From an uncultured Actinomycetes bacterium (GTDB lineage: Bacteria > Actinomycetota > Thermoleophilia > Solirubrobacterales > 70-9), in assembly GCA_963753445.1 (NCBI GenBank), contig CAVWCG010000003.1, positions 100,592 through 164,591 on the forward strand: 64,000 nucleotides of DNA. Reading direction: 5' to 3'. The position numbers were made by a program, and so were the translations under genes. Below the pieces are notes generated by a model. It was not told where the DNA came from. It was given only the letters and a program-made list of their open reading frames with translations, and did not search any database. Numbering within the stretch: the stretch's first letter is position 1; each line of letters starts with the position of its first letter. Below are positions 27,087-34,883 of this stretch, one piece after another.

Positions 27087-28082
27087 GTGCCCGTTCTGAT
27101 GCGCTTTCCGCGCCTTCCGATCCTCACGGTCCTGACCGGCTTGATCCTCGTCGGCGGACTCGGCGCGCCCGGCGCGGGGAGCGCCGCCGCGCCCGGCCTG
27201 GGGAGCGCCGCCGCCGGCGCTGCCGGAGCCGGCGCCGCGAGCGCCCCCGCGGCGACGCCGTCGATCTCCTTCCCCGAGCACGCGGGCGCGGCGCGCCGCT
27301 TCTGGACCCCGGCCCGGATGGAGGCGGCACGGCCGCTCGTCGGCTCGCCGCCGGCCCACGGCTCGGCGCTCGACCCGGCGCTGACCGCGACCTCGGAAAC
27401 GGTCAAGGAACCGACCCTGCCCGAATATCGCGTCAACGGTGTCATCTTCATCTCCGAAGGCGCCGGCATCGGCTACGGCCGCTGCTCCGGCACCTCGGTC
27501 GTCTCACCGAACAAGAGCGTCGTCATCACGGCCGGCCACTGCGTCTACGAGTCCGGCATCTGGGCGGACCGCAAGTGGGTCTTCGTCCCCGGCTACCACC
27601 ACGGCGAACGCCCCTTCGGCACCTTCACGGCCCACTGGCTGGGGACGACGCCGGCCTGGCACGCCCACGAAAACGAGAACTTCGACGTCGGCGCGGGGGT
27701 GGTCGGGCGCAACGAAAAGGGCCAGACGCTGGCGGCGGCGGTCGGCGCCGATCGGGTCGCGACCGGGCTGCCGCCGAACCAGACCTTCGACGTCTACGGC
27801 TATCCGGTCGAAAAGCCGTTTAACGGCGGCACCCTGCAGGTCTGCCGCGAAGCGCCCTTCGAGGGCCACGACTTCGGCTCGCTCTTCGAACCGGGCCCGC
27901 TCGACCTGGCGATCAGCTGCGACGACAGCGCCGGCGGCTCGGGCGGCGGCTGGATGATCGAAGGGAACGTCGTCAACAGCGTCACCACCTACGGCTATCC
28001 GAGTGACCCGTCGACCAACTTCGGCCCCTACTTCGGCCGCGACGTCGCCCACCTCTACGCCCGGGCGAAACAGATCAGATGA
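27087..28082 (+). CDS. secreted trypsin-like (S1) serine protease
   Basis: ORF 27087..28082 has a signal peptide. The catalytic His context is VITAGHCV and the Ser context is DDSAGGSGGGW. The start may instead be the MRFPRL methionine. Confidence 0.78.
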   Translation: MPVLMRFPRLPILTVLTGLILVGGLGAPGAGSAAAPGLGSAAAGAAGAGAASAPAATPSISFPEHAGAARRFWTPARMEAARPLVGSPPAHGSALDPALTATSETVKEPTLPEYRVNGVIFISEGAGIGYGRCSGTSVVSPNKSVVITAGHCVYESGIWADRKWVFVPGYHHGERPFGTFTAHWLGTTPAWHAHENENFDVGAGVVGRNEKGQTLAAAVGADRVATGLPPNQTFDVYGYPVEKPFNGGTLQVCREAPFEGHDFGSLFEPGPLDLAISCDDSAGGSGGGWMIEGNVVNSVTTYGYPSDPSTNFGPYFGRDVAHLYARAKQIR

Positions 28083-28981
28083 GGCGCCTCGCGATAGCCC
28101 TTCTCCTTGCCTGCCTGCTCGCGGCGCCGGCGGCGCTTGCCGATGGCGGCGGCGCGCCATCGCCGCACCAGATCGAAGTCGAACCGCGCTTCCAGCTCGC
28201 GGGCTCGCACGGGTACCGGCTGCTGATCTCGGCGCGAGCGGCGACGGTGACGATCGGGGTCTCGCGCGGCGACAACAGCCCGCGCGCCGGCACCTCGACC
28301 ACCTACGTAGCCCGCGGCGTCGCGGGGCCGAACGGCATCCACGCCGACTTCCACCAGTTCGGCCGGGTCGACGTCAAGTTCCACTCCACCGCGCCCGCCG
28401 CTCGCGGGCTGCCGCCCGACTGCTTCGGCGGGACCACCGGGGCGGCGACGATCCCCGGCTACTTCACCGGCACGGTGGACTTCGAAGGCCAGGGCGGCTA
28501 CACCGCCGTCCGCTCGCACCGGATCCGCGGCGAGGTCGTCCTGCCGCCGACCGAACAGTGCCCGCTGGTCGCCGGCGGCGCCAACCCGCTGATCGAAGAC
28601 CCGAGCGCCGAGCTGCCTCCGGCGAAGACCCGGATGACCCTCTCGGCGCTCGAAAAATCCGGCACCGGCGGCCTCCTCTTCGTCGCCCGGCGGGCGGGCA
28701 AGACCGGCTTCTACGCGGAACGGTTCGGGACGGTCGGCCGGATCGGCCTCCTCAGCCTCGCCTATGCCCTCGGGCCGCGCTCCAGCTTCGCCTCCGACCC
28801 ACAGGTCAGCTTCGGCACCGTCCGCCCCCCGGCGCCCTTCGTCGGCACGGCGACCCTGCGCCGCGAGGCCGGCGGCAGGCGCTCCTGGACGGGCACCCTC
28901 GCCGCCACCTTCCCCGGCGAGGAACCCGTCTCCCTGGTCGGCCCGCAGTTCCACACCACCCTGGCGCGAAGCTTTCCCTAG
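28079..28981 (+). CDS. secreted hypothetical protein coupled to the protease gene
   Basis: ORF 28079..28981 overlaps the protease gene in an ATGA. Its signal peptide is MRRLAIALLLACLLAAPAALA. No family recognised. Confidence 0.65.
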   Translation: MRRLAIALLLACLLAAPAALADGGGAPSPHQIEVEPRFQLAGSHGYRLLISARAATVTIGVSRGDNSPRAGTSTTYVARGVAGPNGIHADFHQFGRVDVKFHSTAPAARGLPPDCFGGTTGAATIPGYFTGTVDFEGQGGYTAVRSHRIRGEVVLPPTEQCPLVAGGANPLIEDPSAELPPAKTRMTLSALEKSGTGGLLFVARRAGKTGFYAERFGTVGRIGLLSLAYALGPRSSFASDPQVSFGTVRPPAPFVGTATLRREAGGRRSWTGTLAATFPGEEPVSLVGPQFHTTLARSFP

Positions 28982-29087
28982 CGCCTGAGAAGCCTTCGCC
29001 GGCCGGCACCCAATCGGCACTCGCGCGTCTTGTTCGGTGCGCATTTGAGGCCGAGCATCGCTCCCGCCAAACGAGGAAGGGAGATCG

Positions 29088-29354
29088 ATGTTCTACGCAA
29101 TCCTGGGCTACCTGCACGCCGCCTTGTGGCGGGCCAACACCGCGGTCACGAGAAGGGCGCGGGCGATCCATGCCCTCGCCGAGGAGCGCGGTCAGGGGAC
29201 GGTCGAGTACGTCGGCCTGATCCTCCTGGTCTCGCTCCTGATGGTCGGGATGGTGGCGGCGATGAAAGGGTTCAACGGCAAACAGGGAACCGAGCTCGCC
29301 GACGTGATCATCAACAAGATCAAGGAAGCGGTCGACAAGGTCGCCTTCAAATGA
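29088..29354 (+). CDS. Flp/Fap-type pilin-like small protein
   Basis: ORF 29088..29354, behind GGAAGGGAG. It contains RGQGTVEYVGLILLVSLLMVGMV, which matches the G-x4-EY prepilin motif followed by a hydrophobic helix. Confidence 0.5.
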   Translation: MFYAILGYLHAALWRANTAVTRRARAIHALAEERGQGTVEYVGLILLVSLLMVGMVAAMKGFNGKQGTELADVIINKIKEAVDKVAFK

Positions 29355-29360
29355 GTGGTG

Positions 29361-29387
29361 GGCGTCGCCGTCGTCGGCGGCGACGCC
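29361..29387 (+). terminator. hairpin after the pilin-like gene
   Basis: The perfect 10-bp stem ggcgtcgccg / cggcgacgcc has a 7-nt loop and starts 7 nt after the stop. Confidence 0.55.
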
Positions 29388-29409
29388 TCCGCCGTGAAAG
29401 GATCGCCCG

Positions 29410-30129
29410 ATGCCCGCCTCGCGCAGCTATGACCGCGCCCCCGCCGACATTCGACCGGTGACGATCGACCCCGGTTTCGTCGAAAGCGCCGACGGCTCGG
29501 CGCTGATCTCGGTCGGGCGGACGCGGGTGATCTGCACCGCCTCGATCTCCGAGCAGGTGCCGCGCTGGATGATGGGGCGCGGCAAAGGCTGGGTCACCGC
29601 CGAGTACGCGATGCTGCCCGCCTCGACCGGCGAGCGCAAGCAGCGCGACGTCTCGAAGGGCAAACAGGACGGGCGCGGGGTGGAGATCCAGCGGCTGATC
29701 GGGCGCAGCCTGCGGGTCGTCGTCGACTTCAAGGCGCTCGGCGAACGGAGCGTCTACGTGGACTGCGACGTGCTCGAAGCGGACGGGGGGACGCGGTGCG
29801 CCTCGATCACCGGCGGCTTCGTCGCGCTGCAGTTGGCCTTCCAGAAACTGCTCGACCGCAAATTGATCGAGGCGATGCCGCTGACCGGCTCGATCGCTGC
29901 GGTCAGCGTCGGCATGGTCGACGGTCGGCCGCTTTGTGACCTCGACTACAGCGAGGACTCGCGCGCCGAGGTCGACGCCAACGTGGTGATGACCGGCGAC
30001 GGCGGCCTGGTCGAGGTGCAGGCGACCGCCGAGCGGACGCCGCTCTCGCGCGCCTCCCTGGACGAGCTGCTCGGCCTCGCGGAGGGCGGCATCGCCCGCC
30101 TGCGGGAGGTGCAGGAGCGGGTCGCGTGA
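29410..30129 (+). CDS. rph: ribonuclease PH
   Basis: ORF 29410..30129, 239 aa, containing GSALISVGRTRVICTAS...GKGWVTAEYAMLPASTGERKQRD. Confidence 0.93.
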   Translation: MPASRSYDRAPADIRPVTIDPGFVESADGSALISVGRTRVICTASISEQVPRWMMGRGKGWVTAEYAMLPASTGERKQRDVSKGKQDGRGVEIQRLIGRSLRVVVDFKALGERSVYVDCDVLEADGGTRCASITGGFVALQLAFQKLLDRKLIEAMPLTGSIAAVSVGMVDGRPLCDLDYSEDSRAEVDANVVMTGDGGLVEVQATAERTPLSRASLDELLGLAEGGIARLREVQERVA

Positions 30130-30139
30130 GGCGGTCGCG

Positions 30140-30715
30140 ATGATCCTCGCGACCGGCAACCAGCACAAGCTGGGGGAGATGCGCGAACTGCTGCCGGGGG
30201 TCGACCTCGAGCCGCTTCCCGCGGGCTGCGAGTCGCCGGTCGAGGACGGCGACAGCTTCGAGGCCAATGCGCTGATCAAGGCCCGCGCCGCCCACGCGGC
30301 GACCGGCGACGCGGTGATCGCCGACGACTCCGGGATCGAGGCCGACGACCTCGGCGGCGCGCCGGGGATCTACTCGGCCCGCTACGCCGGCGAGGGTGCC
30401 GACGACGAGACCAACCTCGACAAGCTGCTGCGCGAGGTCGACGCCGCCGGCGGCGAGCGCCGCGCCCGCTACGTCTGCGTCCTCGCGCTGGTCGACGCCG
30501 ACGGCACCGAGCACGTCTTCGAAGCGATCTGCACCGGCCGCCTCCGGCGCGAGCGCCGCGGCACCGGCGGCTTCGGCTATGACCCGGTCTTCGTCCCCGA
30601 CGACACCGGCCCCGACGACGAGCGGACGATGTCAGAGCTGTCCCAGGCCGAGAAGAACGAGATCAGCCACCGCGGCCGCGCCGCCCGCCTCCTCGCCGCC
30701 CACCTCGCCTCCTAG
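30140..30715 (+). CDS. rdgB: non-canonical purine NTP pyrophosphatase (RdgB/HAM1)
   Basis: ORF 30140..30715, 191 aa, containing MILATGNQHKLGE...ADDSGIE...GFGYDPVF...KNEISHRGRA. Confidence 0.9.
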   Translation: MILATGNQHKLGEMRELLPGVDLEPLPAGCESPVEDGDSFEANALIKARAAHAATGDAVIADDSGIEADDLGGAPGIYSARYAGEGADDETNLDKLLREVDAAGGERRARYVCVLALVDADGTEHVFEAICTGRLRRERRGTGGFGYDPVFVPDDTGPDDERTMSELSQAEKNEISHRGRAARLLAAHLAS

Positions 30716-30748
30716 CGCCCCCACGACACACTTCCACGCGCCGCCCAG

Positions 30749-30797
30749 GCCGATGGGCCGAAAACCGGACGCCCAGTCCGGTTTTCGGCCCATCGGC
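30749..30797. repeat. GGGCCGAAAAC hairpin element, copy 2 (perfect 22-bp stem)
   Basis: The stem is gccgatgggccgaaaaccggac - gccca - gtccggttttcggcccatcggc. It starts about 33 nt after the rdgB stop. Confidence 0.75.
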
Positions 30798-30872
30798 GGG
30801 AGGGGCGCACCGGACTGTGCCTGGACCCGCGCAGCTTGTGTCGGAACCCAGCCTTAAGGCGCACGCCCGGGC

Positions 30873-30920
30873 GCGCCCGTCCCGCCCTCACACCTGCCAA
30901 GCCGAGGGAGGGACGGGCGC
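30873..30920. terminator. 17-bp hairpin in the rdgB / Roadblock intergenic region
   Basis: The stem gcgcccgtcccgccctc / gagggagggacgggcgc has one mismatch and a 14-nt loop. Confidence 0.45.
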
Positions 30921-30964
30921 CCTCGGACGGGCGGCGCACGCAATGCAGCCGCGCCCCGCGCACC

Positions 30965-31129
30965 TCAGGCCGGCGGCAGCAGATTCACGGCGGCGGCGGC
31001 GCCGACGGCGACCAAGGTGATCGTGTAGCCGGTGTAGCCGCTGACCGCGAAGAGGATCGCGGCGATGGCGCAGACGACCACGACGGTGAGCCAGGATGCT
31101 CGGGCGAGGGGCACGGTCGGTATTTTCAC
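30965..31129 (-). CDS. possible 54-aa membrane peptide
   Basis: This is the tail of ORF 30965..31513, from GTG 31129: VKIPTVPLARASWLTVVVVCAIAAILFAVSGYTGYTITLVAVGAAAAVNLLPPA. It is hydrophobic and GC3-rich. It collides with the Roadblock gene start region. Confidence 0.3.
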   Translation of the reverse strand: MKIPTVPLARASWLTVVVVCAIAAILFAVSGYTGYTITLVAVGAAAAVNLLPPA

Positions 31130-31133
31130 TGAA

Positions 31134-31496
31134 GTGCCCGACGCCGCCGCAACAGCCCCCGCTCCGGCGGCCGCCGAGGCGGCGCTCAACTTCCTCACCG
31201 AGATGTCCCCGGATCTGCGCGGCGGGGCGATCCTGACCGCCGACGGCACCGTCCTCGCCGCCTCCGGCGACGCCGCGGAGTGGGCGGAGGAGGCGGTCGC
31301 CCTGCTGCGGGTCGCCGACGCCGCCGGCGACGAGCCAACCGAGCAGGTCCACGTCGCCACCCAGGCCGGCGAGGTCTTCGCGCTCCGCCACGCGGGCTTC
31401 GCCGCGGTCACCGTCACCGAGCGCTTCGCCCTCGCCTCGCTCACTTTCTTCGACATGCGCTCCGCCCTCCGCGAGCTCGCCAAGGAAGTCGGCTGA
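31134..31496 (+). CDS. Roadblock/LC7 (MglB-like) domain protein
   Basis: ORF 31065..31496, containing ALNFLTEMSPDLRGGAILTADGTVLAASGD...VHVATQAGEVFALRHAGFAAVTVTERFALASLTFFDMRSALREL. The start is either GTG 31134 or ATG 31065. Confidence 0.65.
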   Translation: MPDAAATAPAPAAAEAALNFLTEMSPDLRGGAILTADGTVLAASGDAAEWAEEAVALLRVADAAGDEPTEQVHVATQAGEVFALRHAGFAAVTVTERFALASLTFFDMRSALRELAKEVG

Positions 31497-31720
31497 TGCC
31501 GCCGAAGCCCCACCGCGTCCTGCTCGATCGCGTCAGCGGCTACGCCGACGAGGCCGCCGCCTACATGCGCCGCCGCCGCGTCTCGCGCAAACCCTTCGCC
31601 CGTCTCTACTACCCGGGCGGCCGCGCCGCCGAGTACCCGGCCGACTCGACCGCGGGCGCCGAGCTGTTCGTCGCCGCCGGCGCCGTCATCGACCTGACCG
31701 CAAAGGCGCGTCGCTCGTGA
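31496..31720 (+). CDS. 74-aa hypothetical protein coupled on both sides
   Basis: ATG 31496 overlaps the Roadblock stop in an ATGA. Its stop overlaps the tldD GTG in a GTGA. It begins MPPKPHRVLLDRVSGYADEAAAYMRRRRVSRKPFARLYYPGG and has high GC3. Confidence 0.55.
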   Translation: MPPKPHRVLLDRVSGYADEAAAYMRRRRVSRKPFARLYYPGGRAAEYPADSTAGAELFVAAGAVIDLTAKARRS

Positions 31721-33103
31721 CCGAGCTGCTCGACCAGGAGGTCGCCGCGCGCGTCCTCGCCCGCGCCCTCGCCAACGGCGGCCGCTTCGCCGAGGTCTTC
31801 GCCGAACGGCGCGGCGGGCTGACGATGGCGATCGACGAGTCGCGGATCGAGTCGGTCCAGTCGGGCGCCGAGGAGGGCGCCGGGGTCCGCGTCGTCGACG
31901 GCGCCACCACCTACTTCGCCCACGTCGACGGCCTCGAGCCGGCCGAGCTCGAGCGCGCCGCCGACGAGGCCGCCTCGGCGCTCCGCGCCGGGCGCACCGA
32001 GCCGCGCCCGCTGACCGCCCGCCCGGTCACCCCGCTGCCGATCGCGGTCGCCCCCGAGGACGTTCCCGCCGCCCGCAAGGCGGAGCTCCTGCGCGAGCTC
32101 GACCAGCGCGGCCGAGCGATGGGCGACGAGGTCGCCCAGTTCACCGCCTCCTACGCCGAGGCCCGCCGCGTCGTCACGATCGCCAACTCCGACGGCCTCT
32201 TCACCGGCGACGACCGCACCCGCACCCGGATCGGCGCCCAGGTCGTCGCCCGCCGCGGCGACAAGGTCGAGACCGGGGCCGAGACGCTCGGCGCCCACCG
32301 CGGCTTCGAGCTGCTCGAAGAAGACCCCGGCCTGATCGCCGAGCAGGCGGCCCAGAAGGCGCTGACGCTGCTCGACGGGCGGCCCGCGCCCTCGGGCTCG
32401 ATGCCGGTCGTGGTCGGCGGCGGCTTCGGCGGCGTCCTCTTCCACGAGATGACCGGCCACGGCCTCGAGATCGACCACATCCACAAGGGCGCCAGCGTCT
32501 ACATCGGCAAGCTCGGCGAGCAGGTCGCCCAGCCGCTGCTGAACGCCTACGACGACGGCCGCCTCCCCAACGAGTGGGGGTCGGACGCGATCGACGACGA
32601 GGGGCAGCCGACCCAGAAGACGCTGGTGATCGAGGACGGCAAGCTGGTCTCCTACCTCTACGACCACCTCGGCGCCGAGCGCGACGGGGTCGCCTCGACC
32701 GGCAACGGCCGCCGCGAGAGCTTCCGCCACCTGCCGCTCCCGCGCATGACCAACACCTACATCGCCCCCGGCGAGTCGACCCCCGAGGCGATGATCGAGG
32801 AGACCGAGAACGGCTTCTACGCGGTGTCCTTCGGCGGCGGTCAGGTCGACCCGGCGACCGGCGACTTCGTCTTCGGCGTCTCCGAGGGCTACCTGATCGA
32901 GAACGGCAAGGTGACCAGCCCCTGCACCGGGGCGACGCTGATCGGCAACTGCCTCGACGCGCTCGCCGCGATCGACGCGGTCGGCGAACGACTTCTTCAT
33001 GAAGACGGGGATCTGCGGCAAGGGCGGCCAGCGGGTCCCGGTCGGGACCGGCCAGGGCCACGTCCGCGTCGGGAAGATGACCGTGGGAGGAACGCAGCTA
33101 TGA
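31717..33103 (+). CDS. tldD: TldD-family metalloprotease, frame-disrupted at about 32986
   Basis: ORF 31717..33123 is TldD-like up to ...AIDAVG. The conserved C-terminus DFFMKTGICGKGGQRVPVGTGQGHVRVGKMTVGGTQL lies in the +1 frame and ends at 33103. The span is 3n+1 nt. Confidence 0.85.
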
Positions 33104-33119
33104 CGAAGGGGACGCAGCT

Positions 33120-34490
33120 ATGAGCGACTCGCTCCCCAACGTCGAGCTCTCGCCCGCCGCGTCGCGCGCCGTCGAGGCCGCCCTCGCCGCCGGCGCGGGC
33201 GCCGCCGAGGCCTACGCCAGCCGCGACACCGGCCGCGAGGTGCGCGTCCACGGCGGCGAGGTCGAGAGCCTCACCGCCGCCACCCAGACCGGGATCGGGA
33301 TCCGCGCCTGGGACGGTCACCGGGTCGGCTACGCCTACGGCACCGACCTCTCCGAGGCCGGGGTCGCGGCGCTCGCGGCGCGCGCCGCCGAGATGGCCGC
33401 GGTCGCCGACGAGGACGAGTTCGCGGCGCCGCCGCAGCCGGCGCAGATCGAGGCCCTGCCCGGCCTCGACGACCCGAGCGTCGCCGAGTGGACGGCGGGC
33501 CAGGTCGCCGAGCTGGCGCTGACCGTCGAGCGCACCGCGCTCGCCGCCGACCCCCGCGTCGCCGGGGTCGAGACGGCCGTCTACGCCGACTCGACCGAGC
33601 AGGTCGCGATCGCCTCCTCGACCGGGATCGCCGCCGCCTACGAGGCTTCGAGCTGCTTCGCCTACCTGCAGGCGCTCGCCGAGTCGGACGGCGGTCGCGA
33701 GACCGGCCTCGGCTTCGGCCTCGCCCGCGGCCCCGACGACCTCGACCCGGAGGCGATCGGCGTCGAGGGGGCGGAGCGCGCGGTCGCGATGATCGGCGCC
33801 GGCAAGCCCGCCTCGCGCTCCTGCCCGGTGGTCCTCGACCCGACCGTCGCCGCCAGCTTCGCCGGCCTGATCGGCGGCGCGCTCGGCGCCCGCGCCGTGC
33901 AGCGCGGTCGCTCCCCCTTCGCCGGCCGGCTCGGCGACGAGGTCGCCTCGACCACCTTCGCCCTCCACGACGACGGCCGCGACCCGGCGGGCGCCGCCTC
34001 GGCCCCGTTCGACGGCGAGGGGGTGCCGCGCCGCCGCACCGCGCTGATCGAGGGCGGCGCCCTGCGCGGCTACCTCTACGACACCTACACCGCCAACCGC
34101 GAGGGGACCGGCTCGACCGGCTCGGCCTCGCGGGCGGGCTACCGGTCGCTGCCCTCGGTCTCGGCCTCGAACCTGATCGTCGCGACCGGGGAGCACTCGA
34201 TGGAGGCGCTCCTCGCCGAGGCCGCCGACGGCATCTTCGTCACCGACGTCGCCGGCCTCCACTCGGGCGTCAACCCGGTCACCGGCGTCTTCTCCGTAGG
34301 TGCCTCGGGACGGGCGATCCGCGGCGGCGCGCCGGCCGAGCCGGTCCGCGAGTTCACCATCGCCGGCGAGCTCGTGGCGATGCTGCGGGCGGTGGTCGCG
34401 GCGGGCTCCGAGGCGCGCTGGGTGCCCTTCGGCGGATCGGTCTCGACCCCCCCGCTGCTGGTCTCCGAGCTCTCCATCAGCGGCACCTGA
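33120..34490 (+). CDS. pmbA: PmbA/TldE-family protease partner
   Basis: ORF 33120..34490, 456 aa, TldD/PmbA fold, ending ...FGGSVSTPPLLVSELSISGT. Confidence 0.88.
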   Translation: MSDSLPNVELSPAASRAVEAALAAGAGAAEAYASRDTGREVRVHGGEVESLTAATQTGIGIRAWDGHRVGYAYGTDLSEAGVAALAARAAEMAAVADEDEFAAPPQPAQIEALPGLDDPSVAEWTAGQVAELALTVERTALAADPRVAGVETAVYADSTEQVAIASSTGIAAAYEASSCFAYLQALAESDGGRETGLGFGLARGPDDLDPEAIGVEGAERAVAMIGAGKPASRSCPVVLDPTVAASFAGLIGGALGARAVQRGRSPFAGRLGDEVASTTFALHDDGRDPAGAASAPFDGEGVPRRRTALIEGGALRGYLYDTYTANREGTGSTGSASRAGYRSLPSVSASNLIVATGEHSMEALLAEAADGIFVTDVAGLHSGVNPVTGVFSVGASGRAIRGGAPAEPVREFTIAGELVAMLRAVVAAGSEARWVPFGGSVSTPPLLVSELSISGT

Positions 34491-34601
34491 GCGGACGCCT
34501 AATTGACTGCTCAGGGCCTCTTTTGGCTCCCTGCGCGGTTTCCCGCCGACCGGCGTTGTTAGATTGCGACTCGTCTTCAACCCCCGAGGAGGAATCTCGA
34601 C

Positions 34602-34883
34602 GTGACCAAGGCTGAGTTTCTGGACCAACTGTCAGGCGACGAGCGTCTGGGTAGCAAAAAAGCGGCAAGCGACGCCGTCGACGCCGTCCTCGACGCGATC
34701 ACCGGCGCCCTGGCGGCGGGCGACGAGGTCAGCTTCACCGGCTTCGGCAAATTCCACGTCGCCGAGCGTGGCCCGCGCCAGGGCGTGAACCCCCGCACCG
34801 GCGAGCGGATCACGATCCCGGGCGGCAAAGTGCCGCGCTTCTCCGCCGGCTCCGCTCTGAAGACCAAAGTCAAAGGCGGCTGA
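34602..34883 (+). CDS. hup: HU-family nucleoid protein
   Basis: ORF 34602..34883, 93 aa, with GAGGAGG before the GTG. It contains FGKFHVAERGPRQGVNPRTGERITIPGGKVPRFSAGSALK. Confidence 0.92.
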   Translation: MTKAEFLDQLSGDERLGSKKAASDAVDAVLDAITGALAAGDEVSFTGFGKFHVAERGPRQGVNPRTGERITIPGGKVPRFSAGSALKTKVKGG

